Positions 1 to 7,740 of a stretch of DNA of 13,813 nucleotides are shown here, in pieces. The notes under the pieces are model-generated. The model did not search any database and was not told where the DNA came from. It saw only the letters and a program-made list of their open reading frames with translations. Position 1 is the first letter of the stretch, and each line of letters opens with the position of its first letter. Where the stretch lies: positions 1 to 13,813 of the forward strand of contig CAZEBC010000106.1 in the NCBI GenBank assembly GCA_964510165.1, given 5' to 3'. Source of the DNA: an uncultured bacterium (GTDB lineage Bacteria; Abyssobacteria; SURF-5). A program made the position numbers and the translations under genes.

Positions 1-585
1 TAGGTACTTCGCATATCCGTCGCGGCTCGCAAAGACGTTCTTCACCGAGCCGACTTTCGTCCCTTCGCTGTCAAGCATGGTCCTTCCCAGAATCCAGCTC
101 GCCCGGTAGGTTCCCTTCATGGGCATCTCGCCTTCCTTGAAGGCGGGCTCTACACCATAGTAGCTGTAAACGCTCTTCTCCCACTCGGGATCATCGAATT
201 TCTCCCATTTACCCTTTTCAAACCATGGAGCTTTTGCCAGCTTGTCCCTGCTCATATCCACGGTAAATGCATATTCCGGGCTCGCTTTCACGGCCTTCCA
301 GGGAATCGCGAACCACTTGCCGGACATCTCCTCCCACTCCGGCGAGAGAATCGCATACTTGAAATGTCCTTCCTCTGAGATCAGGAAATCCTGAAATTTC
401 CCGAGTTTCTCACCAGCTGTATTCGACAAGTCTTTGTCGAACATCTTGCTGAGCTTATAATACTCAAACGTCGCCTTTGCCTCTGGCCTCATGTGTTCCG
501 ACGCTTTCTCTCCGGCAAATGCCTGAACCGAAAACACCAAACCAAAAACCAGAGCGAACGCAACTACTGAGCTATACCATCTCAT
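1..585 (-). CDS. Secreted PRC-barrel domain protein, at least two barrels (runs off the left edge)
   Basis: Manual translation of the minus strand from ATG at 585, preceded by GGAAGGAGG, is open for 195 codons to position 1. Sequence: MRWYSSVVAFALVFGLVFSVQAFA (Sec signal, AFA site) ... KLSKMFDKDLSNTAGEKLGKFQDFLIS ... WFAIPWKAV ... DKLAKAPWF ... VYSYYGV, then YRASWILGRTMLDSEGTKVGSVKNVF. Both repeats fit the PRC-barrel pattern. Confidence 0.85.
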   Translation of the reverse strand, partial: MRWYSSVVAFALVFGLVFSVQAFAGEKASEHMRPEAKATFEYYKLSKMFDKDLSNTAGEKLGKFQDFLISEEGHFKYAILSPEWEEMSGKWFAIPWKAVKASPEYAFTVDMSRDKLAKAPWFEKGKWEKFDDPEWEKSVYSYYGVEPAFKEGEMPMKGTYRASWILGRTMLDSEGTKVGSVKNVFASRDGYAKYL

Positions 586-734
586 TGACGCTCATCCTCC
601 TTCCAATGAGGCCGCAGCCTCGTTACTTTCTCTTTAATATAGATTGCTACCGGCAAGGCAATTCGTATATGGGGTATATACTGTATTCGGGGATGGCGAC
701 CCGCCGTGCGTAACCTGCCGCGACCCAACGAGTA

Positions 735-763
735 TTGCTCATTGACTCCCCCGCTGTTAACTT
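735..763 (+). promoter_or_regulatory. Putative sigma70 promoter for the response regulator
   Basis: TTGCTC (735-740), 17 bp, TAACTT (758-763), with extended -10 TG at 755-756. Confidence 0.4.
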
Positions 764-811
764 TAAAGAGGCGCTAAGACTCCCAGCACGGAATGGCGGC
801 ACGACACACCT

Positions 812-1462
812 GTGAGCGAAAAGAGAAAACAAATCCTTATCGCGCAACCGCATGCAATCGACCGCGCGGGTCTGAAATGTCTCCTGGTCTCTCATCCCAA
901 TATCGAGATCGTCGCAGAAGCCGAAAACGGAATTGATCTACTCAATCACGCCGAGCACCTGAGACCCGACCTGATCATAACCGATTTTATCCTCCCGAAG
1001 ATGAACGCAGCCTCGGTCACCAGACATATCAAACGCAAGACCCCCGAGCAAAGAGTGCTCATCCTTGGCGATTCAGACTGGAATGAACAGGCGGTCGAGG
1101 CGCTTGAGTCCGGCGCTGACGGGTTCTGCCCGAAAGACGCTTCTCCTTCCGAATTGCTGGACGCCGTCGAGACTACCCTCTCAGGGAAACGATACGTCCA
1201 TCCGAAAGTCGCCGACAGACTGGTGACCCGAAAGGCCAGAAAACCTTCCTCACCGTGGGACGCTCTCACCCGCCGCGAGCGCGAGGTGCTCAAGTTGATT
1301 GCGGAAGGGCATACGAACAAGGCCATCGCAGGCTATCTGTCCATCAGCGAGAAAACGGTCGAAAAACATCGTTCTAACCTCATGAAGAAGCTCGACCTCC
1401 ACAATGCCGCCGTCCTCACCGCCTACGCCTTCCAAAAAGGCCTCGTCTCACGGAAGCTCTGA
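812..1462 (+). CDS. NarL/FixJ-family (REC + LuxR HTH) response regulator with atypical receiver
   Basis: N-terminal receiver fold (PDLIITD, GADGFCPK) and C-terminal LTRREREVLKLIAEGHTNKAIAGYLSISEKTVEKHRSNLMKKL LuxR HTH. GTG start. Confidence 0.93.
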   Translation: MSEKRKQILIAQPHAIDRAGLKCLLVSHPNIEIVAEAENGIDLLNHAEHLRPDLIITDFILPKMNAASVTRHIKRKTPEQRVLILGDSDWNEQAVEALESGADGFCPKDASPSELLDAVETTLSGKRYVHPKVADRLVTRKARKPSSPWDALTRREREVLKLIAEGHTNKAIAGYLSISEKTVEKHRSNLMKKLDLHNAAVLTAYAFQKGLVSRKL

Positions 1463-1494
1463 AGAGGCCAAATGAATGCCATTTATACAATGAA

Positions 1495-1523
1495 TTGCAT
1501 TTCCAAATCGCCTCTGATATGAT
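1495..1523 (+). promoter_or_regulatory. Putative sigma70 promoter for the UroD/MtaA-like gene
   Basis: TTGCAT (1495-1500), 17 bp, TATGAT (1518-1523), with extended -10 TG at 1515-1516. Confidence 0.6.
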
Positions 1524-1585
1524 AGCCGCGTCAGCGCAAGATAACGCGACGGTATCGTCGTCAGGGCCATTGACAGGAGTCCGCC

Positions 1586-2656
1586 ATGTCAGCAATCGAT
1601 TTCGTCAACTGGGTTGGAAGACAGCGCTCGCTCAGGCCCGTTGGCCTGCTCTTGAAAAAATCGATGGGAGGCAAAACTTTCGCGCAGATGGCCGCGGGTT
1701 CGGGGCGGAGGATCGGATCGCCCATTATGGGCGCGTATCTGTGCTCGCTCACGGGCACCACGGTCAAGCAGAATCTCACCGACGGATACACGATGTTCAA
1801 GACGATCGAGAAATACGTCACCACATTCAAGCCCGACTTCGTCATGTGCACGTTCCCCGACCTGACCGCCGAGGCCGAAGCCTGCGGCTGCGAGATCAAC
1901 ATGCCCGATAACGCGCTCCCGTCGGTCACCCTTCATCCCATCCAATCTCACGACGACATGAGGAAGCTCCGCATTCCCGACCCTTACAAGGACGGCCGCC
2001 TGCATGTCTTCATCGAGGCGACACGTCTCTTCACGAGACGGTTCACGCTTCCCAAGACGGTTGCCAGCGCTGGCCCGTTCACGCTCGCGGCAGAACTCAT
2101 GGGTGTTGACATCATCACTCGAAAGATAATAAAGGACCCGCCGCTGGTACACGAAGTGATGGAGTATTCGCTCCAGGTCGTGCAGCGCTACAATGAGGAA
2201 CTCATCAAGGCGGGCGGCGACGTCATCGGCATCGCCGAGCCTACGTGCAGCCTTCTCTCGGCCAAGGCATTCGAGACGCTTGTGCTGCCATACCTGAAGC
2301 GGTTCGTGGATGGACTCTCGGTGCCTGCGACCCTCCACATCTGTGGCCGCGCCAACCACCTGGTGGAACTGATGTGCAAGACGGGAGTGACCGGCCTCAG
2401 CCTGGATGCGCCCACCGACATCACAAAACTCAAAGATCGCGTTCCGAAGGACGTCATCATACTCGGGAATCTCTCGCCCGTGGATGTACTCATGATGAAG
2501 AAACCCGAGGAAGTCCGCCAAGCCGCGCTCGACCTGCTGAACGCCATGGAAAACGTCCCGAATTTCGGGCTCCTCAGCGGATGCGACCTCCCCGTCGGCA
2601 CTCCCATGGAAAATATCGCCGCCATGATCAACGCCGTGAAGGAATACCGGAGATAA
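1586..2656 (+). CDS. Uroporphyrinogen decarboxylase superfamily protein, MtaA/CmuA-like (methylcobamide:thiol methyltransferase-like)
   Basis: Motifs DLTAEAEACGC, DPYKDGRL, GPFTLAAELMG, IAEPTCS, LHICG, LGNLSP and SGCDLPVGTPMENI. AGGAG RBS. The HxC plus C-terminal Cys Zn ligands are typical of MtaA/MtbA rather than true HemE. Confidence 0.85.
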   Translation: MSAIDFVNWVGRQRSLRPVGLLLKKSMGGKTFAQMAAGSGRRIGSPIMGAYLCSLTGTTVKQNLTDGYTMFKTIEKYVTTFKPDFVMCTFPDLTAEAEACGCEINMPDNALPSVTLHPIQSHDDMRKLRIPDPYKDGRLHVFIEATRLFTRRFTLPKTVASAGPFTLAAELMGVDIITRKIIKDPPLVHEVMEYSLQVVQRYNEELIKAGGDVIGIAEPTCSLLSAKAFETLVLPYLKRFVDGLSVPATLHICGRANHLVELMCKTGVTGLSLDAPTDITKLKDRVPKDVIILGNLSPVDVLMMKKPEEVRQAALDLLNAMENVPNFGLLSGCDLPVGTPMENIAAMINAVKEYRR

Positions 2657-2665
2657 CAGAATGAT

Positions 2666-2734
2666 GCGCCTGTAGGCGCGAATTCATTCGCATGCTGCGC
2701 GCGCCATGCAAGGGCAAGGCGCGCCGTGCCATAC
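2666..2734. repeat. Pair of inward-facing REP-like palindromes (BIME-like) between convergent genes
   Basis: GTAG-GC-GCGAAT-TC-ATTCGC (2672-2691), and on the minus strand GTAT-GGCACGGCGCGCCTTGCCC (2712-2734). Confidence 0.7.
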
Positions 2735-3141
2735 TATCGCGGCACATACGTGCTCGCCATGCGCTCGCATGCGCCCACGCTCACGCGGATTTCCGTCTTC
2801 CTTCGGATTTTCGGAACCTGCTCGAATGCGTCAAGCGCCCGGATGTCGGCGTCGGTCAATTTCAGAAGGATAGCCCCCAATACTGCCCCGCCCGGCCTGT
2901 GTTCGAGCACCAGTGTCTTCTTCGCGCCTCTCCCCCGCTCTCCCCTGGTGTAGTTCCTGGCCACTGCCGCCCCGAACGGAATATAATGCCCCGTTATTCC
3001 CCGCACGAATTCCGGGTCCATCAGCTTGCCGCTCACAAAAACGGCCTCGCCTTCCGTAACGTCATCAAGCGATACATTGACCTCCGCCGGATGCGCCACC
3101 CAAGCATACTGCTCAGGGAAAAATGTTATCTTGGACATCAT
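2734..3141 (-). CDS. Gamma-glutamylcyclotransferase-like (AIG2-like) protein, divergent
   Basis: VFVSGKLM (cf. FVYGTLM), VLGAILLKLTDADIRALDAFE (cf. LDxxE), RRKTEIRV...ASTYV. Lies 27 bp downstream of the SDR on the same strand. Confidence 0.7.
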   Translation of the reverse strand: MMSKITFFPEQYAWVAHPAEVNVSLDDVTEGEAVFVSGKLMDPEFVRGITGHYIPFGAAVARNYTRGERGRGAKKTLVLEHRPGGAVLGAILLKLTDADIRALDAFEQVPKIRRKTEIRVSVGACERMASTYVPR

Positions 3142-3168
3142 GAGCTCGTGTCTCTCTCTTATTGCCTA

Positions 3169-3897
3169 TCAAAAACTCAAATCCAGTTTCGTGTTTCCAT
3201 AGATATTTATCGCCTCACCATTGATCGAGCGAGTGGTGTCTTCCGCAAGATACAGGGCCAGGTCGGCGATCTCGCGCGGATTGATTATCGCCTCGCCCGC
3301 TCGCTCCTTCACGGTTTCGGGCACCATATCGGTCTCAACAAGGCCCGGACAAATCGCGTTTACCGTAATATTCAACGGCCCCAGTTCCGCCGCAAGCGAT
3401 TTCGTCAGGCCAACCACCCCGTGCTTTGATGCACAGTACGCGCTCACATACGGATGCCCTATCTTGCCACTCCTCGAGGAAATGTTGATGATCCTGCCGC
3501 CCCCGCGTTCTATAAGAATCGGGACGACCGCCTTCGTGAAGTAATAGGTCCCCATCAAGTTCACTTCGATCACGCGACGCCAATCCTCCGAATCCATCGC
3601 CACGATGGGGCCAGCCTGCAGAATACCCGCGTTATTCACCAAAATATCGATCCCGCCGAACTTCTCCAGAGTTTGGTCAACCATGCGGCGCACGTCTTCC
3701 TCCCGCGTGACGTCCGCCGTCACACCCAGCGCCTGACCACCGTCCTCGGCAATCCTCCTCACCACTCCGTTGACCTGTTCCGTGCTCCGAGCCGAGATTG
3801 CCAGCCTGGCGCCCTCCGCTGCAAACAAGAGCGCGATCTCCCGACCTATCCCCCTCCCGCCTCCTGTTACCACTGCAACCTTATCTTTCAGCTTCAT
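3169..3897 (-). CDS. Classical SDR oxidoreductase (FabG-like), probably NADP(H)-preferring
   Basis: Start reassigned to ATG 3897 (MKLKDKVAVV; RBS AAGGGAG). TGGGRGIG, NNAG, NISS and YCASK catalytic motifs. Basic residue after beta-2 (ISARS). Confidence 0.93.
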   Translation of the reverse strand: MKLKDKVAVVTGGGRGIGREIALLFAAEGARLAISARSTEQVNGVVRRIAEDGGQALGVTADVTREEDVRRMVDQTLEKFGGIDILVNNAGILQAGPIVAMDSEDWRRVIEVNLMGTYYFTKAVVPILIERGGGRIINISSRSGKIGHPYVSAYCASKHGVVGLTKSLAAELGPLNITVNAICPGLVETDMVPETVKERAGEAIINPREIADLALYLAEDTTRSINGEAINIYGNTKLDLSF

Positions 3898-3927
3898 CGT
3901 CTTGTCTCCCTTAGGGCCATTCCGACC

Positions 3928-3952
3928 GTAGAGGCGAACCTTGTGTTCGCCC
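3928..3952 (+). repeat. GTAG-REP-like palindrome
   Basis: GTAG-A-GGCGAAC-CTTGT-GTTCGCC-C. Confidence 0.65.
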
Positions 3953-3993
3953 GCACGGCACCGACTCTCTGGCACCACGCTGATCGGGTAATT

Positions 3994-4017
3994 GTAGGGG
4001 CGCACGCCGTGCGCCCC
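3994..4017 (+). repeat. GTAG-REP-like palindrome
   Basis: GTA-GGGGCGCACG-C-CGTGCGCCCC, perfect 10-bp arms. Confidence 0.75.
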
Positions 4018-4073
4018 AGTGCTCAAGCGGAAACTCCCGACAGAGATTCTTCCGCGCAGCCGCACCGAAGCCC

Positions 4074-4117
4074 CCCTCACTCTTCCCTCTCCCAGTGGGA
4101 GAAGGTTGAGGTGAGGG
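4074..4117. repeat. CCCTCAC...CCCTCTCCC-NNN-GGGAGA...GTGAGGG palindromic intergenic repeat
   Basis: ccctcactcttccctctccc-agt-gggagaaggttgaggtgaggg, an imperfect long hairpin of a widespread intergenic repeat type (reads PHLNLLPLGEG when translated). Confidence 0.7.
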
Positions 4118-4149
4118 AAAAAACGCGGCTGCGCCCGCCTTAATTCTTC

Positions 4150-4178
4150 TTGACAATCACCCCCGCTCGGCATATAAT
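4150..4178 (+). promoter_or_regulatory. Perfect-consensus sigma70 promoter of tetR
   Basis: TTGACA (4150-4155), 17 bp, TATAAT (4173-4178), 81 bp upstream of the TetR start. Confidence 0.9.
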
Positions 4179-4209
4179 TGAACGCATCTCAACCTTGAGC
4201 GAACGTCAA
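4178..4209. promoter_or_regulatory. Tandem TTGA-N7-TCAA palindromes, putative TetR operator
   Basis: TTGA-acgcatc-TCAA (4178-4192), cc, TTGA-gcgaacg-TCAA (4195-4209). Covers the end of the -10 and the expected start site. Confidence 0.6.
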
Positions 4210-4259
4210 ATAGTCCGCCCCGGGTTCGCCACCCCGAAGACCGGGTATCACGATATCAC

Positions 4260-4883
4260 ATGCAGAAAAAATCTTCCAGACACGCGCCGCCGCCAACCAG
4301 GAACCGCGCCGAACGCCGCAGCAAAGAGACCCGCGAGAAACTATTGAACGCCGCTGAGACCATATTCCTCGAACGAGGCTATGATAACGCCACTACCCGT
4401 GAGATCTCCGCCCGCGCCGACCTCGGCGCCGGTACTTTCTACGTATACTTTCGAGACAAGCGCGACGTATTCGACGCGCTCGTGCGCCGAGCCAACCGCG
4501 CCATGCATCGCAGATGGCTCGAGGCCCGAAAACCCGGCATGTCGGTCGAAGAGCAAGTGGTCGCCGCGCTCAGGGTCAGCTTCGAGTACTTCAGCGAAAA
4601 CGCCGACCTCGCGCGCCTGATACTCATCGAAGGCCCGCCGGTCGACGCCGAATACACCATGCGGCTCCACTCGGGCATCGGCGAGGAACTGCGCGATATC
4701 CTCAAGGACGGGATAAAATCGGGTCGCCTGAGCGAGATCGAGCCGGCCGTCCTGGCGACAGTCATCATAGGCATCTCGGTGGTGCTGGGGCGCTGGATGC
4801 TCTCTCCCCAGCCACCGGAAAACCCGAAGGAAATCGAAGACGCGATAATCCGATTCTGTCTGCGCGGCATGCGCCGCGACTGA
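4260..4883 (+). CDS. TetR/AcrR family transcriptional regulator
   Basis: TREKLLNAAETIFLERGYDNATTREISARADLGAGTFYVYFRDKRDVF, a TetR N-terminal HTH; 207 aa. Confidence 0.95.
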   Translation: MQKKSSRHAPPPTRNRAERRSKETREKLLNAAETIFLERGYDNATTREISARADLGAGTFYVYFRDKRDVFDALVRRANRAMHRRWLEARKPGMSVEEQVVAALRVSFEYFSENADLARLILIEGPPVDAEYTMRLHSGIGEELRDILKDGIKSGRLSEIEPAVLATVIIGISVVLGRWMLSPQPPENPKEIEDAIIRFCLRGMRRD

Positions 4884-4891
4884 GTCGTGGT

Positions 4892-4928
4892 AACTGGCGA
4901 GAACCACCCTCGCCGGTTCGCGCCTTTT
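4892..4928 (+). terminator. Possible terminator or attenuating hairpin after tetR
   Basis: AACTGGCGAG-aaccacc-CTCGCCGGTT hairpin (one G-U pair), with TTTT about 6 nt downstream. Confidence 0.35.
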
Positions 4929-4953
4929 GTAGGGGGCGCAGCGCGCTGCGCCC
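4929..4953 (+). repeat. GTAG-REP-like palindrome
   Basis: GTAG-G-GGGCGCAGCG|CGCTGCGCCC, a perfect 20-bp palindrome. Confidence 0.75.
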
Positions 4954-5030
4954 GCGTGGCACATAAGTATCGGCTATCCGCTAACAGTAGGTGATTACAG
5001 CAAACCCACACCACAAAGGAGAGTGAAATC

Positions 5031-5888
5031 ATGCCTATCGACCCCAAAAAAGCGCTCGGCGCGAAACTACAAGCCCTTCCCTACGAGTATGGCGATACCG
5101 AGGTCATGCTCTATGCGCTGGGAGTCGGCGCGGGTGTTCCTCCGACCGACGAACAGCAACTCCAGTTTTGTTTTGAAAACGACCTCAAGGTGCTTCCCAC
5201 CTTTGGCGTCGTTCCCCCGTTCCCCTCGCTCGTTGGCCTCATGAACGCGCCCGGAATGGAGTTCAACCCCATGATGCTGCTGCACGGCGAGCAGTATCTC
5301 GAAATCAAGAAGCATCCAATCCCCACCAGCGGCAAGCTGATCAATCAGCCCAAAATCTCGGCCATCTACGACAAGGGCAAAGGCGCGCTCGTCCTGCTCG
5401 ACGCGGTCACCACGGACGAGAACGGCGCCGAGATTTTCTTCAACACTTTCTCCGTGTTCCTCCGCGGTGAGGGTGGTTTCGGCGGAGAGAGCGGACCCAA
5501 ACCCGGCCATCTTCCTCCCGACAGGACGCCCGACAAGGTCGTCGAGCAAAAAACGCTGCCCCAGCAGGCGCTCCTATACCGCCTCTGCGGAGACCGCAAC
5601 CCGCTCCACGCCGATCCCAACTTCGCCGCGATGGGCGGCTTCGAGCGGCCCATCCTCCACGGCCTGTGCACATTCGGTTTCGTCGGACGCGCCGTGCTGC
5701 AGGAATATTGCGGCAACGACCCGGCAAAGTTCAAAAGCATCAAGGTGCGCTTTGCAAGCCACGTGTTCCCGGGCGAGACCATCGTGACTGAGATGTGGAA
5801 GGAAGGCAACCAGGTCATCCTCAAGGCGAAGACCGCTGAGCGCGGCCTCGACGTCATAACAAACGCGGCAGTAACCCTGAATCCGTGA
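5031..5888 (+). CDS. (R)-specific enoyl-CoA hydratase 2 (double hot-dog MaoC, MFE-2 hydratase-like)
   Basis: [29 protein letters not shown], hydratase-2 motif [35 protein letters not shown]. Confidence 0.93.
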   Translation: MPIDPKKALGAKLQALPYEYGDTEVMLYALGVGAGVPPTDEQQLQFCFENDLKVLPTFGVVPPFPSLVGLMNAPGMEFNPMMLLHGEQYLEIKKHPIPTSGKLINQPKISAIYDKGKGALVLLDAVTTDENGAEIFFNTFSVFLRGEGGFGGESGPKPGHLPPDRTPDKVVEQKTLPQQALLYRLCGDRNPLHADPNFAAMGGFERPILHGLCTFGFVGRAVLQEYCGNDPAKFKSIKVRFASHVFPGETIVTEMWKEGNQVILKAKTAERGLDVITNAAVTLNP

Positions 5889-5927
5889 CCAGGCCGGGCA
5901 TGGCCCAAGGGCCCAAAGGAGTTCCGA

Positions 5928-7082
5928 ATGCTTAAGAGCAAGCTGCCATTCACCGAAGAACATGAGATGCTTCGCGACACCTTCCGAAAATTCATCGAGA
6001 AGGAGATAACACCGCACCACGAGCAGTGGGAAAAGGACGGCGTCGTCCCGCGCGATCTCTGGCTCAAGGCGGGAGAGAACGGGTTCTTGTGCCCGTGGGC
6101 CGAGGAAAAATACGGCGGCATCCAGTCCGATTTCCTCTACTCCGTCATCATGACGGAGGAACTCACCAAGGCCGGCGCATCGGGCTTTGCGCTCCCATTG
6201 CACAACGACATCGTCGTTCCCTACATAGCCGCCTTCGGCAATGACGAGCAGAAGGAGCGCTGGCTGCCCGGCTGCGTATCAGGCGAAAAAATCAGCGCGC
6301 TCGCGATGACCGAACCCAACGCCGGCTCCGACGTTCAGTCCATGAAGACGACCGCCATTCGCGACGGCGATTATTATGTGATCAACGGGCAAAAGACGTT
6401 CATCTCGAATGGTCTCCTGGCAGATCTGGTTGTGCTCGCCGCCAAGACCGATCCCAAGGCCGATCCGCCTTATTCTGGAATCAGCCTCATCGTCGTCGAG
6501 CGCGGCACGCCCGGCTTCGAGCGCGGCAAGAAGATCAACAAAATCGGCATGAAGGCGCAAGACACCGCCGAGCTGTTCTTCGACGACTGCCGCGTGCCCG
6601 TGAGCAATCTGCTCGGCAGCGAGGGCGGTGGTTTTTTCATGATGATGCAGAAGCTCCAGCCCGAGCGGCTCGTGTGCGCCATCGGAGGCTTGGCCGGAGC
6701 CGAGAAGTGCGTCGAACTCACGGTCAAGTACACCAAAGAGCGCGAGCAGTTCGGCAGGCCGATCTTCAGTTTCCAGAACACCCAGTTCCTGCTCGCTGAC
6801 CTCGCGAGCGAGGTCTCCGTCGGTCGCGCGTTCATAGACAGGCTCATCGCCGACCACATGGCCGGCGAGAACATCGTCACCGAAACGTGCATGGCGAAGC
6901 TCTGGGTGTGCGAGATGGCGAACCGCGTGGCCGACCGCTGCCTCCAACTGCACGGCGGCTACGGCTACTGCGAGGAATACCCCATATCAAAATTCTGGGT
7001 TGACGGGCGCATCCAAACAATCTTCGCAGGAACATCCGAGGTCATGCGCCTCATCATCGCCCGCAGCCTGGGAAAAGAATAG
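5928..7082 (+). CDS. Acyl-CoA dehydrogenase, LCAD-type
   Basis: ALAMTEPNAGSD, NGQKTFISNG, QLHGGYGY. Catalytic Glu at the LCAD position (LQPERL), and Ala at the MCAD position (IFAGTSE). RBS AAGGAG. Confidence 0.95.
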   Translation: MLKSKLPFTEEHEMLRDTFRKFIEKEITPHHEQWEKDGVVPRDLWLKAGENGFLCPWAEEKYGGIQSDFLYSVIMTEELTKAGASGFALPLHNDIVVPYIAAFGNDEQKERWLPGCVSGEKISALAMTEPNAGSDVQSMKTTAIRDGDYYVINGQKTFISNGLLADLVVLAAKTDPKADPPYSGISLIVVERGTPGFERGKKINKIGMKAQDTAELFFDDCRVPVSNLLGSEGGGFFMMMQKLQPERLVCAIGGLAGAEKCVELTVKYTKEREQFGRPIFSFQNTQFLLADLASEVSVGRAFIDRLIADHMAGENIVTETCMAKLWVCEMANRVADRCLQLHGGYGYCEEYPISKFWVDGRIQTIFAGTSEVMRLIIARSLGKE

Positions 7083-7098
7083 CTCTGAGGAGAGAATG

Positions 7099-7143
7099 TG
7101 TCACCAAAAAGGCGAGGCCAAAAGCCTCGTTTTTTGGTTGACA
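7099..7143. terminator. Intrinsic (possibly bidirectional) terminator after the acyl-CoA dehydrogenase
   Basis: CCAAAAA-G-GCGAGGC-caaaa-GCCTCGT-TTTTT-GG: GC stem with a T-tract after and an A-tract before, extendable by TGTCA/TGACA. Confidence 0.8.
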
Positions 7144-7167
7144 GACACGCGCGTCAAGGTATACGCT
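7138..7167 (+). promoter_or_regulatory. Putative sigma70 promoter of the DUF2889-PHP-DUF169-coaE cluster
   Basis: TTGACA (7138-7143), 18 bp, TACGCT (7162-7167). The -35 lies in a TTGAC-N10-GTCAA dyad (7138-7157). Confidence 0.5.
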
Positions 7168-7244
7168 GGAATCGAAGTAACATGCGTTGTCCTGCGCCCG
7201 GTTCCCGCGTTTAGGCTTATCTCCAACAGAGGAGATTTTTGACA

Positions 7245-7730
7245 ATGACCCTTTGTTACACACGCGCCAAACATGCGGCAGTGCTGCCTCTTGGCGAGGA
7301 TAGAATGCTCGTAAAGAACCGACTCGAAGACACCCATTTTGCGGTGTGTGTCGAGATCGAGGTCACCGTTCCTGACCTCGAGATCGTCGCAGTTCGCGGA
7401 AGCTTCGAGCGGTGCGCAGACGAACAATGCCGCGAAGCTGAGAAGGTTCTCGAAAAGGCGAAAGGCCTGCGCGTCGGCTCCGGCCTGACAAAGCTCGTTG
7501 ACAGCCTGCTCGCAGGACCGTTCGGCTGTCCAGTACTCGCAAACCTCGTGTTCGAGGCCTGCGACGCGGTTATCCTGTCGTTCACGGCTCAACAGATGGC
7601 AATGGCCGGCGCACTCGATGAAACTCAGCGCGCCGAGGGTCTGCTCCAGATGGTGCAGATGAATCCGCGACTCTTGAATAGCTGCATCGCCTTCGATGAG
7701 AACAACCCGCTGCTCAAAGGGCGGCTGTAG
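7245..7730 (+). CDS. DUF2889-like protein (copy 1)
   Basis: ATG 7245 with GAGGAG RBS. Pattern LEDT..EIEV..DLEI..GSFER...C..A...L.KAKGLRVGSGLTKLV...L.GP.GC..L.NL, with C-terminal NSCIAF. Family recognised by motif only. Confidence 0.72.
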   Translation: MTLCYTRAKHAAVLPLGEDRMLVKNRLEDTHFAVCVEIEVTVPDLEIVAVRGSFERCADEQCREAEKVLEKAKGLRVGSGLTKLVDSLLAGPFGCPVLANLVFEACDAVILSFTAQQMAMAGALDETQRAEGLLQMVQMNPRLLNSCIAFDENNPLLKGRL

Positions 7731-7740
7731 ATTGCGAACT

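Noticed and set aside
477-895. Short ORFs 477..713 (+) and 647..895 (-)
   Set aside because: They overlap the PRC-barrel and regulator genes on the opposite strands, span the divergent promoter region, and have no motifs.
1586-2656. Annotation as hemE
   Set aside because: It lacks the N-terminal W.MRQAGRY motif of HemE and carries MtaA-type Zn ligands.
3898-4173. 92-codon N-terminal extension of the SDR in the ORF track (3169..4173)
   Set aside because: It runs through three palindromic repeats and the tetR promoter. The SDR fold begins at MKLKDK (3897), which has its own RBS.
5886-5930. Hydratase and acyl-CoA dehydrogenase are in frame, separated by a single TGA and 13 sense codons (possible readthrough or Sec fusion)
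   Set aside because: This is easily chance over 39 nt. The ACAD has its own AAGGAG RBS, the TGA is at the natural end of the domain rather than a Cys position, and no convincing SECIS was seen.
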